This document shows positions 18,952 to 27,667 of a DNA stretch of 32,000 nt, piece by piece. The position numbers and the translations under genes are program-made. Below the pieces are notes generated by a model. That model did no database searches. It had not been told where the DNA came from and saw only the letters and a list, made by a program, of their open reading frames with translations. The stretch is from contig JAKFBY010000019.1 in assembly GCA_036677325.1 (NCBI GenBank), forward strand, positions 43,289 through 75,288. Direction: 5' to 3'. The first letter of the stretch is position 1. The number at the start of each line of letters is the position of its first letter. The stretch is from Paucimonas sp. (GTDB lineage: Bacteria; Pseudomonadota; Gammaproteobacteria; Burkholderiales; Burkholderiaceae_D).

Positions 18952-19467
18952 ATGCAAAACCACTTCGATCTTTTCCATCTGCCGCAACGCTTCTCGATTG
19001 ACTTGCCAGCGTTGGATCGTGCCTTTCACGAAGTGCAAAATCAGGCGCATCCGGACCGCTTCGCCAATGCCAGCGGTGCGGAAAAACGTGTCGCCATGCA
19101 ATGGGCGACCCGTGCCAATGAAGCTTACCAAACCCTGAAAAATCCTTTGGCGCGCGCCAGGTATCTGTGCGAGCTGAACGGCGTCGATTTGCAGACCGAG
19201 TCCAATACTGCCATGCCGGCAAACTTCCTGATGCAGCAGATGGCGTGGCGCGAGGCGCTTGATGACGCCCATGCTGCTGGCGACATCGGCGCACTGGAAA
19301 ATCTGGAAGCCGAGTTGCAGGGCGTACGCAAGGCAGAAATCAGTCAGATTACGGCAAGCCTGGATGCGCAGGATTTTCAGCAGGCGGCCCAGGGTGTGCG
19401 GCGCATGATGTTTATTGAAAAGTTTGAAGAAGACGTGGCAAGAGTGTTTGACCTGATAAACGATTAA
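18952..19467 (+). CDS. hscB: co-chaperone HscB
   Basis: Start placed at ATG 18952 (MQNHFDLFHLPQRFSID...), giving 171 aa like E. coli HscB. The J-domain has HPDR. Confidence 0.92.
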   Translation: MQNHFDLFHLPQRFSIDLPALDRAFHEVQNQAHPDRFANASGAEKRVAMQWATRANEAYQTLKNPLARARYLCELNGVDLQTESNTAMPANFLMQQMAWREALDDAHAAGDIGALENLEAELQGVRKAEISQITASLDAQDFQQAAQGVRRMMFIEKFEEDVARVFDLIND

Positions 19468-19497
19468 GTAGATTAAGTATTAAGCAAGCAAAAAATT

Positions 19498-21363
19498 ATG
19501 GCACTCCTGCAAATTTCCGAACCCGGCATGTCCACCGCCCCGCATCAGCACCGGCTGGCGATCGGCATCGACCTGGGCACCACCAATTCGCTGGTGGCCA
19601 CCGTGCGCAACAGCATACCGGAAGTGTTGGTTGATGAGCAGGGGCGTTCATTGCTGCCCTCGATCGTGCGCTATCTGCCCGATGGCCATGCGCATATCGG
19701 CTGCAAGGCGCAGTCGGCACAGGTCAGCGACCCGAAAAACACCATCGTGTCAGTCAAACGTTTCATGGGGCGCGGACTGAAGGATATTGCGTACGCAGAG
19801 AACCTGCCATACGACTTCATCGATACGCCCGGCATGGTGCAGTTAAAGACCGTCGCCGGGATCAAGAGCCCGGTTGAAGTGTCGGCCGAAATCCTGGCTA
19901 CCTTGCGTCAGCAGGCCGAAGATGCGCTGGGTGACGAACTGGTCGGCGCGGTGATCACGGTGCCGGCATATTTTGACGATGCGCAGCGCCAGGCGACCAA
20001 GGATGCCGCCAAACTGGCCGGACTCAATGTCCTGCGCCTGCTGAACGAGCCGACCGCTGCAGCGATTGCCTACGGGCTTGACCATAATTCGCAGGGGATT
20101 TATGCGGTCTATGACCTGGGCGGCGGCACCTTCGATATCTCGATTCTGAAGCTGACCAAAGGGGTGTTCGAAGTCCTGTCCACCGGCGGCGACTCCGCGC
20201 TTGGCGGCGACGATTTCGATCACCGGCTGTTATGCTGGATCATCGAGCAAGCCAAGCTGGCGCCGTTGTCGGACCAGGATACCCGGCTGTTGATGGTCAA
20301 GGCGCGTGAAGCCAAGGAACTGCTGTCGACCAAGACAGAAACCCAGATCGATGCGGTGTTACGGTCCGGCGAGGAAGTACATTTGACACTGAGTGGTGCC
20401 ACTTTTTTCGAGATTACCCAGCACCTGGTCAAAAAGACCATCACGCCGACCAAAAAGGCGCTGCGCGATGCCGGTGTGGTGGAAGAGGATGTCGATGGCG
20501 TGGTGCTGGTGGGGGGCGCCACCCGCATGCCCCATATCCGCAAGGCGGTTGCATCATTTTTTCATACCACGCCGCTGGCCAATATCGATCCGGACAAGGT
20601 GGTCGCGCTCGGCGCCGCCATCCAGGCCAATCTGCTGGCGGGTAACCGCGCGCCCGGCGACGACTGGCTGCTGCTGGATGTGATTCCCCTGTCGCTGGGA
20701 ATCGAAACCATGGGAGGGCTGGTTGAAAAGGTCATTCCGCGCAACTCCACCATCCCATGTGCCCGCGCCCAGGAATTCACCACCTTCAAGGATGGTCAGA
20801 CTGCGATGTCGATCCATGTGGTGCAGGGCGAGCGTGAACTGGTCGCCGATTGCCGCTCGCTGGCGAAGTTCGAGTTGCATGGCATTCCGCCGATGGCAGC
20901 GGGTGCAGCCCGCATCCGCATCACTTATCAGGTCGATGCGGATGGCTTGCTGTCGGTGTCGGCGCGTGAGTTGCGCTCGGGTGTTGAATCCTCGATTACC
21001 GTCAAGCCTTCGTATGGACTGTCCGATGACGAGATAGCAAAGATGCTGCAGGATTCATTTGCTTCAGCTGATGTCGACATGCAGCTGCGCGCCCTGCGCG
21101 AAGAGCAAGTCGAGGCTGAGCGCATTCTGCTGGCGACCGAATCAGCACTGGCAGCCGATGGCGCTTTGCTGTCAGACGATGAGCGCGCAGCGGTGACCGC
21201 GTTGGTCGGCCAGGTGCGCCGGCAGGTGCAAGGCGACGACCATGATGCAATCAAGGCAGCCGTGCTGGCGCTGGCCAATGGCACCGAGGAATTTGCCGCC
21301 CGCAGGATGGATCGCAGTGTGCGCCAGGCACTCTCGGGCAAGAAGCTCGACGAAATTGCCTGA
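19498..21363 (+). CDS. hscA: Fe-S protein assembly chaperone HscA (Hsp70 family)
   Basis: 621 aa. [40 protein letters not shown] and LVGGATRMP. Confidence 0.97.
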   Translation: MALLQISEPGMSTAPHQHRLAIGIDLGTTNSLVATVRNSIPEVLVDEQGRSLLPSIVRYLPDGHAHIGCKAQSAQVSDPKNTIVSVKRFMGRGLKDIAYAENLPYDFIDTPGMVQLKTVAGIKSPVEVSAEILATLRQQAEDALGDELVGAVITVPAYFDDAQRQATKDAAKLAGLNVLRLLNEPTAAAIAYGLDHNSQGIYAVYDLGGGTFDISILKLTKGVFEVLSTGGDSALGGDDFDHRLLCWIIEQAKLAPLSDQDTRLLMVKAREAKELLSTKTETQIDAVLRSGEEVHLTLSGATFFEITQHLVKKTITPTKKALRDAGVVEEDVDGVVLVGGATRMPHIRKAVASFFHTTPLANIDPDKVVALGAAIQANLLAGNRAPGDDWLLLDVIPLSLGIETMGGLVEKVIPRNSTIPCARAQEFTTFKDGQTAMSIHVVQGERELVADCRSLAKFELHGIPPMAAGAARIRITYQVDADGLLSVSARELRSGVESSITVKPSYGLSDDEIAKMLQDSFASADVDMQLRALREEQVEAERILLATESALAADGALLSDDERAAVTALVGQVRRQVQGDDHDAIKAAVLALANGTEEFAARRMDRSVRQALSGKKLDEIA

Positions 21364-21526
21364 ACCGGATTTGGCCACCCTGACCAAGTGCTGACTCCAA
21401 CACCGTCGCTCCTTGTTGTAAAAATTGTGCTGCAAATTTGTGCTGTGTTAAGCGCTGCTTCCGGCGACAGCCGTTTGCCGGACGCTTTTATATAAAATTC
21501 ATACTACTTATTATCGAGGTAATTTC

Positions 21527-21865
21527 GTGCCCCAGATTGTTGTGCTGCCCCATGCGACCCTTTGCCCGGAAGGCGCTGTCATTGATGCCGCCAAAGGCAA
21601 AACCGTGTGCGATACGCTGCTTGAACACAATATCGAGATCGAGCATGCCTGTGAAAAGTCCTGTGCCTGTACAACCTGCCACATCGTGGTGCGAGAAGGG
21701 TTTGGCTCGCTCAATGAGCCACAGGAAAAAGAGGAAGACTTGCTCGACATGGCATGGGGACTGGAAGCGAATTCGCGCCTGTCATGCCAGGCAGTGGTCG
21801 GCGACGAAGATCTCGTCATCGAGATCCCGAAATACACGATCAACCAGGTCAGTGAAAATCATTGA
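21527..21865 (+). CDS. fdx: ISC-system [2Fe-2S] ferredoxin
   Basis: GTG start. MPQIVVLPHATLCPEGAV... and EHACEKSCACTTCH match E. coli Fdx closely. Confidence 0.95.
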   Translation: MPQIVVLPHATLCPEGAVIDAAKGKTVCDTLLEHNIEIEHACEKSCACTTCHIVVREGFGSLNEPQEKEEDLLDMAWGLEANSRLSCQAVVGDEDLVIEIPKYTINQVSENH

Positions 21866-21923
21866 GTCCACCAGCTTCGGCGGCAGATGGTAGATGACAA
21901 ATGGCAAATAACGGAGGCTTGAC

Positions 21924-22118
21924 ATGAAATGGACCGATACCATTCGCATCGCGGAAGAGTTGCATGACAAGTTTCCCGACGTGGATCCTTTGACGGTGCG
22001 CTTTACCGACCTGCATAAGTGGGTGTGTGAGCTCGATGACTTCGACGACGATCCCAAACGCTCGGGCGAGAAAATCCTGGAAGCGATCCAAGCGGCGTGG
22101 ATAGAGGAAACTGAGTAA
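21924..22118 (+). CDS. iscX: Fe-S assembly protein IscX
   Basis: A 64-aa acidic protein ([22 protein letters not shown]...) in the last position of the isc operon. Confidence 0.9.
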   Translation: MKWTDTIRIAEELHDKFPDVDPLTVRFTDLHKWVCELDDFDDDPKRSGEKILEAIQAAWIEETE

Positions 22119-22160
22119 AGTTTGTATAAGGTTTGTAACGCTGTAAAGTTCGTTTACGTA

Positions 22161-22189
22161 AAAAGGGCGGCTGTAAGCCGCCCTTTTTT
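22161..22189. terminator. bidirectional rho-independent terminator
   Basis: aaaa-gggcggc-tgtaa-gccgccc-tttttt. It lies between convergent iscX (+) and the 22239..22928 gene (-). Confidence 0.8.
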
Positions 22190-22238
22190 ATTATGTCATC
22201 CCCATCCAACAACAGGTGAGAACGGATCGGGGTCCTGA

Positions 22239-22928
22239 TCAGCCACGCGCAGTCAACGTGCCATTGACAACCCGGACACGGTCGCCGGTGCGCCAGCCAT
22301 CTTGATTCGACTGCGGGAACGTCTGGGTCGATCCATCTTCCATGCGTACCCGTACCTGGTAGGTTGTGGTCGCGCGGGTGCGTTTTTCAATTTCATTGCC
22401 AGCATAGCCGCCACCGACCGCACCGGCGACTGTCGCCAGCTTCTTGCCATTGCCGCCACCGACCTGATTGCCAAGCACCCCGCCCAGCACTGCACCGGCA
22501 ACGATGCCCACGCCGCTTGGCTGGGCAGGCTGTTGAACCGCCTGCACCGATTCGACGCGGCCGCAATCGTAGCAAATGCGCGGTGCCGGCGCGCTTTGTT
22601 GCGCATAGCTGACTGGCGCCGGGCGCGAACTCTGACGCTCTTTTACCGGCGCTGGTTTTTTGACCGCCTTCGGGGCCGGCTTGTCGGATTCTTGTGAGAC
22701 TGCTGGCTTGGACTGCAATGCGGACGGCTCGGCTGGCGCCAGCGTGGCGACGCCAGTGTTATGGGTGGCAGCCGGCGTGGACAGGCTGGCAACTGGCGCC
22801 GTGGTGCTGTGCGACGTCGGCAAGATGCCGGTGATGGCCGCTGCGCCGACCAGGCTCACCAGCGTGACTGCGACGGCGGCCGTGGCGACTAATGGATGAA
22901 TGCGAGTCGATTTGTGGTTTGCTTCCAT
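22239..22928 (-). CDS. glycine-zipper 2TM domain membrane protein (Rick 17kDa antigen / SlyB-like)
   Basis: Start placed at ATG 22928 after GGAGG. It has an N-terminal TM anchor, an Ala/Pro-rich linker, and a glycine zipper GIVAGAVLGGVLGNQVGGGNGKKLATVAGAVGGGYAGN. Confidence 0.7.
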   Translation of the reverse strand: MEANHKSTRIHPLVATAAVAVTLVSLVGAAAITGILPTSHSTTAPVASLSTPAATHNTGVATLAPAEPSALQSKPAVSQESDKPAPKAVKKPAPVKERQSSRPAPVSYAQQSAPAPRICYDCGRVESVQAVQQPAQPSGVGIVAGAVLGGVLGNQVGGGNGKKLATVAGAVGGGYAGNEIEKRTRATTTYQVRVRMEDGSTQTFPQSNQDGWRTGDRVRVVNGTLTARG

Positions 22929-23057
22929 GTTACTTACCTCCGATAAATTCAACATGCTTTACTATGAATTAATTATCAGGGGAAAGTTTCGCCAATGGTA
23001 GTGAAAAGCTGTGTCAGATGTAATGGTTTGTAATGAATATCGAATCGATCAAACATG

Positions 23058-23087
23058 AAAAAAGGACTGCATCGCAGTCCCTTTTCT
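23058..23087 (-). terminator. rho-independent terminator after lysS
   Basis: Minus strand has ggactgc-gat-gcagtcc followed by TTTTTT. It lies 30 nt downstream of the lysS stop. Confidence 0.7.
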
Positions 23088-23116
23088 TTATACCCTTATA
23101 AGCAATCAAGCAAGTT

Positions 23117-24637
23117 TCAGTCTTCGCGGCGCAGGTGCGGGAACAGGATCACGTCGCGAATATTCGGCGAATCGGTAATCAGCATCATCAGGCGGTCGAT
23201 GCCGATGCCGCAGCCGCCGGTCGGTGGCAAACCATATTCAAGCGCGCGAATATAGTCGGCGTCGTAATACATCGCTTCCTCGTCGCCGGCATCCTTGGCT
23301 GCGACCTGCGCATGGAAGCGCGCTGCCTGGTCTTCCGCATCGTTCAACTCGGAAAAGCCATTGGCGATTTCGCGTCCGGTCATGAACAGTTCGAAACGCT
23401 CGGTGATGCCCGGCACCGTGTCGGAGGCACGCGCCAGCGGCGAGACTTCAACCGGATAATCGATGATGTAAGTCGGATCCCACAATTGCGCTTCGGCGGT
23501 TTCTTCGAACAGCGACAACTGCAATGCGCCGAGGCCGGAAATGACATGCGGCTTGACGCCGAACTTATTGAGCTCCTGCTTGAGGAATGCTGCGTCCTGC
23601 AGCTGCTCGTCGGTGTAGTGCGGCGCATACTGCTTGATGGCGTCGGTGATGGTCAGGCGCTGGAACGGCTTGCTCAAGTCCAGTTCACGACCCTGATAGG
23701 TCAGCTTCGCGGTGCCGTGCGCATCGACTGCCGCCTGGCGGATCACCCGTTCGGTAAAATCCATCAGCCACTGGTAATCAACATACGCGGCATAGAATTC
23801 CATCATCGTGAATTCCGGATTGTGGCGTGGCGATACGCCTTCGTTGCGGAAGTTGCGATTGACTTCGAACACGCGGTCGAAGCCGCCCACCACCAGCCGC
23901 TTCAGGTACAGTTCCGGCGCGATGCGCAAGAACATTTCCATGTCGAGCGCATTGTGATGGGTGATGAACGGCTTGGCCGCAGCCCCACCGGGTATCACGT
24001 GCAGCATCGGTGTTTCCACTTCCATGAACTCATGCTCTTCCATGAAGCGGCGGATCGACGACATCGCCGCGGTACGCGCCTTGAAGGTGCGCCGGGTTTC
24101 CTCGTTCATGATCAGGTCGACGTAGCGCTGGCGATACTTGGTTTCCTGGTCGGCCAGGCCGTGGAACTTGTCGGGCAGCGGACGCAATGACTTAGTCAGC
24201 AGGCGCAAATTTGTGACTTTCACCGACAGCTCGCCGGTCTTGGTCTTGAACAGCAGGCCTTCGGCGCCGAGGATGTCGCCCATGTCGAAATGCTTGAATG
24301 CCTCGTGCGATGCTTCGCCTGCCAGCTCGTTGGTGATGTAGAGCTGGATGCGGCCGTCAGCTTTCAGGCCCGACGCGTCCTGGATGGTAGCAAACGATGC
24401 CTTGCCCATTACCCGTTTCAACATCATGCGTCCGGCCACCACCACCTTGACAGCCTGCGCCTCCAGCGCATCGCGTTCGGTGTCGCCGTATTGCGTCTGC
24501 AGCGCGGCCGCCTTGTGTTGCGGACGAAAATCGTTTGGAAAGGCAATGCCTTTTTCGCGGATTGCTGCCAGCTTGGCGCGCCGCTCGGCGATGATGGAAT
24601 GTTCGTCTGGCGCTGGAGTTGTTTCAATTTCTGACAT
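23117..24637 (-). CDS. lysS: lysine--tRNA ligase, class II
   Basis: 506 aa with an OB-fold N-domain and class II motifs ([27 protein letters not shown]). Confidence 0.97.
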   Translation of the reverse strand: MSEIETTPAPDEHSIIAERRAKLAAIREKGIAFPNDFRPQHKAAALQTQYGDTERDALEAQAVKVVVAGRMMLKRVMGKASFATIQDASGLKADGRIQLYITNELAGEASHEAFKHFDMGDILGAEGLLFKTKTGELSVKVTNLRLLTKSLRPLPDKFHGLADQETKYRQRYVDLIMNEETRRTFKARTAAMSSIRRFMEEHEFMEVETPMLHVIPGGAAAKPFITHHNALDMEMFLRIAPELYLKRLVVGGFDRVFEVNRNFRNEGVSPRHNPEFTMMEFYAAYVDYQWLMDFTERVIRQAAVDAHGTAKLTYQGRELDLSKPFQRLTITDAIKQYAPHYTDEQLQDAAFLKQELNKFGVKPHVISGLGALQLSLFEETAEAQLWDPTYIIDYPVEVSPLARASDTVPGITERFELFMTGREIANGFSELNDAEDQAARFHAQVAAKDAGDEEAMYYDADYIRALEYGLPPTGGCGIGIDRLMMLITDSPNIRDVILFPHLRRED

Positions 24638-24651
24638 AAAAGACCTTTTTT

Positions 24652-24680
24652 AACCACGACGAACACGGCGAGCACGGCGA
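24652..24680 (+). repeat. left arm of 29-nt imperfect inverted repeat flanking the GxxExxY gene
   Basis: aaccacgacgaacacggcgagcacggcga. It pairs with the reverse complement of 25062-25090 at 25 of 29 positions. Confidence 0.7.
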
Positions 24681-24687
24681 TTTACAT

Positions 24688-25092
24688 TTAATGTGCGACT
24701 CGTTTCAGACCGTCTTTCAATAATTTCACATTGAAGTTAATTAATAACCCCAGTCTCATCCCCGTTAGTTTTAAATAGGTCATGAGTTGGGCATGATGGA
24801 TCGGAATCAGCTGTTCGACAGCTTTCAATTCAACAATGATGGAGTCCTCAATCACGAAATCGGCACGAAAGCCGCCATCGATCTTGATGCCATCGTAAAT
24901 AATTGGTAATTCCTTCTGCCGTTCAAATTTTATTTGATGCTTGCATAATTCGTGCGCCAGACATGCCTCATATGCACTTTCGAGCAAACCAGGCCCTAAT
25001 GCGCGATGAACGGAAAACGCACAATCCAGCAAGCGGCCGGATAATTCCTGATAAAGGATTTCTCCGTGGCCGCCGTGTTCGCCGTGGTTCAC
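24688..25092 (-). CDS. GxxExxY family protein (PD-(D/E)XK nuclease-fold, small)
   Basis: Start placed at GTG 25092, 6 nt after the prfB stop, giving 134 aa. It has the GLLESAY signature, DFVIEDSIIVELK (D...ExK-type), and a His/Gly-rich N-terminus VNHGEHGGHGE. The 229-aa ORF-track version overlaps prfB and is rejected. Confidence 0.72.
   Translation of the reverse strand: MNHGEHGGHGEILYQELSGRLLDCAFSVHRALGPGLLESAYEACLAHELCKHQIKFERQKELPIIYDGIKIDGGFRADFVIEDSIIVELKAVEQLIPIHHAQLMTYLKLTGMRLGLLINFNVKLLKDGLKRVAH
25062..25090 (-). repeat. right arm of the 29-nt inverted repeat (inside the 5' end of the GxxExxY CDS)
   Basis: The minus strand reads aaccacggcgaacacggcggccacggaga. Confidence 0.7.
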
Positions 25093-25097
25093 AAGAA

Positions 25098-26202
25098 TTA
25101 CACGCCCTGTTTCAGCGAGGCGGCGATAAAATCGTCCAGGTCGCCATCCAGCACGGCCTTGGTATTGCCGACTTCGAAGCCGGTGCGCAAATCCTTGATG
25201 CGCGACTGGTCCAGCACGTACGAGCGGATCTGGTGGCCCCAGCCGACGTCGGTCTTGGAGTCTTCCAGCTTTTGCTGCTCGCTCATCCGATTGCGCAATT
25301 CCAGTTCGTACAACTTGGCCTTCAGCATGTCCCAGGCTTCGGCACGGTTGCGGTGCTGGCTTCGGTCGTTCTGGCATTGCACCACAATGCCGGACGGCGC
25401 ATGCGTTAAGCGCACTGCCGAGTCGGTCTTGTTGATGTGCTGGCCGCCGGCGCCCGAGGCGCGGTAGGTATCGACCCGCACGTCAGCCGGATTGATGTCG
25501 ATCTCGATCGAATCATCGACTTCCGGATACACGAACAGGCTGCAAAACGAAGTGTGGCGGCCGTTGGCAGAATCGAACGGTGATTTGCGCACCAGCCGAT
25601 GCACGCCGGTCTCGGTGCGCAAAAAGCCGTATGCATAGTCGCCCTCGACCTTGATCGCGGCAGTCTTGATGCCGGCGATCTCGCCGTCGGACTGCTCCAG
25701 GATCTCGGCCTTGAAACCCTTGCGCTCGCAGTAGCGCAGGTATTGCCGCATGATCATCGAAGCCCAGTCCTGCGCCTCGGTGCCGCCGGCGCCGGCCGTA
25801 ATATCGATGAAGCAATTGTTGGGGTCCATCGGATTATTGAACATCCGGCGAAACTCCATGCCCTCGACCTGTTTTTTCAGGGCGTCGGCATCCTGCTCGA
25901 TCGCGACCAGCGTATCTTCATCCTGCTCTTCGCGCGCCATCTGGAACAGGTCGGAGGCGTCGCGCAGACCGGCTTCGATCTGCGTGAGCGACAGCACAAT
26001 GCCTTCCAGGGATTTCTTTTCGCGGCCGAGGTCCTGTGCCCGCTTCTGGTCGTTCCAGACGCCGGGATCTTCCAGTTCCGCGTTGACTTGCTCGAGTTTC
26101 TCTGACTTTGCTACGAAGTCAAAGATACCTCCGAAGTTCAACTTCGCGGGTGGTCAGGTCCGCCAGCAGGGCGGAAAGGGCGTTGAGGCGTTCTGCTTCC
26201 AT
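25098..26202 (-). CDS. prfB: peptide chain release factor 2, with programmed +1 ribosomal frameshift
   Basis: Frame 0 reads [27 protein letters not shown], then in-frame TGA (26119-26121). The +1 frame continues from GAC (26120-26118) into the 347-aa ORF, which has SPF and GGQ ([10 protein letters not shown]) motifs. Confidence 0.95.
26118..26133 (-). promoter_or_regulatory. prfB frameshift site: internal SD-like GGAGG plus slippery CUU UGA C
   Basis: The mRNA sense strand reads CGGAGGTATCTTTGAC. This has the same architecture as the E. coli prfB recoding site. Confidence 0.9.
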
Positions 26203-26235
26203 GATGGATTTTGTGTTTGTTCGGTGAAACCGAAC

Positions 26236-26265
26236 ATTATACCTGAGGGGCGGAGGAGATCTGAA
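26236..26265 (-). promoter_or_regulatory. possible prfB promoter (-10 TATAAT, weak -35 TTCAGA, 18-nt spacer)
   Basis: On the minus strand TATAAT is at 26241-26236 and TTCAGA at 26265-26260. A ttcggtgaaaccgaa hairpin lies in the presumed 5' UTR. Motif match only. Confidence 0.3.
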
Positions 26266-26405
26266 TGGGTGCAAGTTGTTATTTGGATAATCACCAACGA
26301 AGTGAAAGCTATATCTTGCGAAAATTCCGATTTGATTGCTAAATCGCACTTGTGTATGGACAATGGCGTTTTTGCTCCTTAAGTATGTTAATCGATTCGG
26401 TACCG

Positions 26406-27596
26406 ATGACCAAGAATCTCAGTTTTATTAGCTTATTTTCCGGCTGTGGTGGACTTGACGTTGGATTTGTCAAGTCTGGTTTTACATGCAAGCGCGCATT
26501 CGATATCGACAAGAATGTGGTTGACGTCCATCGGTTAAACCTTGGCGAATCAGCAGTTGTGGCTGACCTTACTACGATTTCCACGTCTGAACTTCTTTCG
26601 AATGGAAAACCTACAGTAGTAATCGCCGGTTCGCCATGCCAAGGTTTTTCAACGGCAGGGAAGCGCCGGTTTGACGATCCCCGCAATTCGCTACTTTTGC
26701 ACGCGGGTCGCTTAGCTCTAGAAATCAAGCCTAAGGTATTTGTTGCTGAGAACGTTTCAGGAGCATTGTCTGGCGAGCATAAAACATACTGGCATCAGCT
26801 AGAGGCACTTTTGCGTTCGGACGGATATTCGACTGTCACTTTACGGCTCAATGCTTCACAGCTCGGGCTAGCACAGCTTCGATCTAGGATATTTATGATC
26901 GCCTGGAAGGGATCGAAAAATCCGGATTTAAGTTGCCCCGAGACTCTTCCAAGAACGCTTGGTGAAGTATTGGATGGTGTCGATGGCCTACCTCAACACG
27001 ACGAACTTCCTCTCGCAAAAACTTCCGCTCACTACCTTATATCACGGCGCATTAAACCAGGGCAAAAACTGTGTAATGTGCGAGGTGGAACTTCATCTAT
27101 TCATACTTGGGATATTCCAGAAGTGTTTGGTAAAACTACCGAGCAGGAGCGGTTAATTTTGAAGGCAACGATGAAGCTCCGCCGCACTGAGCGGCTGAGA
27201 GACTTCGGTGACGCAGATCCGGTCTCTATGGAGTCCCTGCGTAGGGAGTTCGGATCGCGCGTTGGCATCTTAGTAGAAGGGCTTATAAGCAAGGGATATA
27301 TGCGACGTATTGAAGAGCGCTTCGATCTCGCGAACACTTTTAACGGCAAATATCGCCGCCTCGATTGGAATTCGGTATCCCTGACTGTTGATACCCGATT
27401 TGGAGATCCCCGGTACTTCTTACACCCGTCAAAACATCGTAGCTTTACCGTGCGGGAAGCAGCTCGTATCCAAGGATTCCCCGATTGGTTTGTATTTCCA
27501 GGGCGACCTGTTGACAGCTATCGGATGATAGGTAACGCAGTGGCGCCTCCAATGGCCCAGCATATCTCCAGTATTGTTAGAGGTCTGCTAACCTAA
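26406..27596 (+). CDS. DNA (cytosine-5)-methyltransferase
   Basis: Start chosen at ATG 26406 (MTKNLSFISLFSGCGGLDVGF). Motif I is FSGCGG, IV is GSPCQGFS, VI is VAENV, VIII is QLRSRIFMIA, IX is FTVREAARIQGFPD, and X is GNAVAPPMA. A variable TRD lies between VIII and IX. Confidence 0.92.
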   Translation: MTKNLSFISLFSGCGGLDVGFVKSGFTCKRAFDIDKNVVDVHRLNLGESAVVADLTTISTSELLSNGKPTVVIAGSPCQGFSTAGKRRFDDPRNSLLLHAGRLALEIKPKVFVAENVSGALSGEHKTYWHQLEALLRSDGYSTVTLRLNASQLGLAQLRSRIFMIAWKGSKNPDLSCPETLPRTLGEVLDGVDGLPQHDELPLAKTSAHYLISRRIKPGQKLCNVRGGTSSIHTWDIPEVFGKTTEQERLILKATMKLRRTERLRDFGDADPVSMESLRREFGSRVGILVEGLISKGYMRRIEERFDLANTFNGKYRRLDWNSVSLTVDTRFGDPRYFLHPSKHRSFTVREAARIQGFPDWFVFPGRPVDSYRMIGNAVAPPMAQHISSIVRGLLT

Positions 27597-27667
27597 TACA
27601 ATGGTTTTCTACTGCACAATACTGTTATTCGGGAAGAAAAAATGTGTGACCATTGCCTGAAACTTAT

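Noticed and set aside
23135-24190. 351-aa ORF antisense to lysS
   Set aside because: It is a shadow ORF within lysS with a low-complexity R/H/Q-rich translation.
25093-25377. N-terminal extension of the GxxExxY ORF (229-aa version)
   Set aside because: It overlaps the 3' end of prfB in another frame and is Arg/Pro/Gly-rich with no homology. A GTG start at 25092 gives the family-typical size.
26203-26349. Upstream extension of the prfB frame-0 ORF (MRFSNQ...)
   Set aside because: RF2 homology begins at MEAERLN. The extension covers the likely promoter and 5' UTR.
25599-26382. Two plus-strand ORFs (168 and 210 aa) across prfB
   Set aside because: They are antisense shadow ORFs within prfB.
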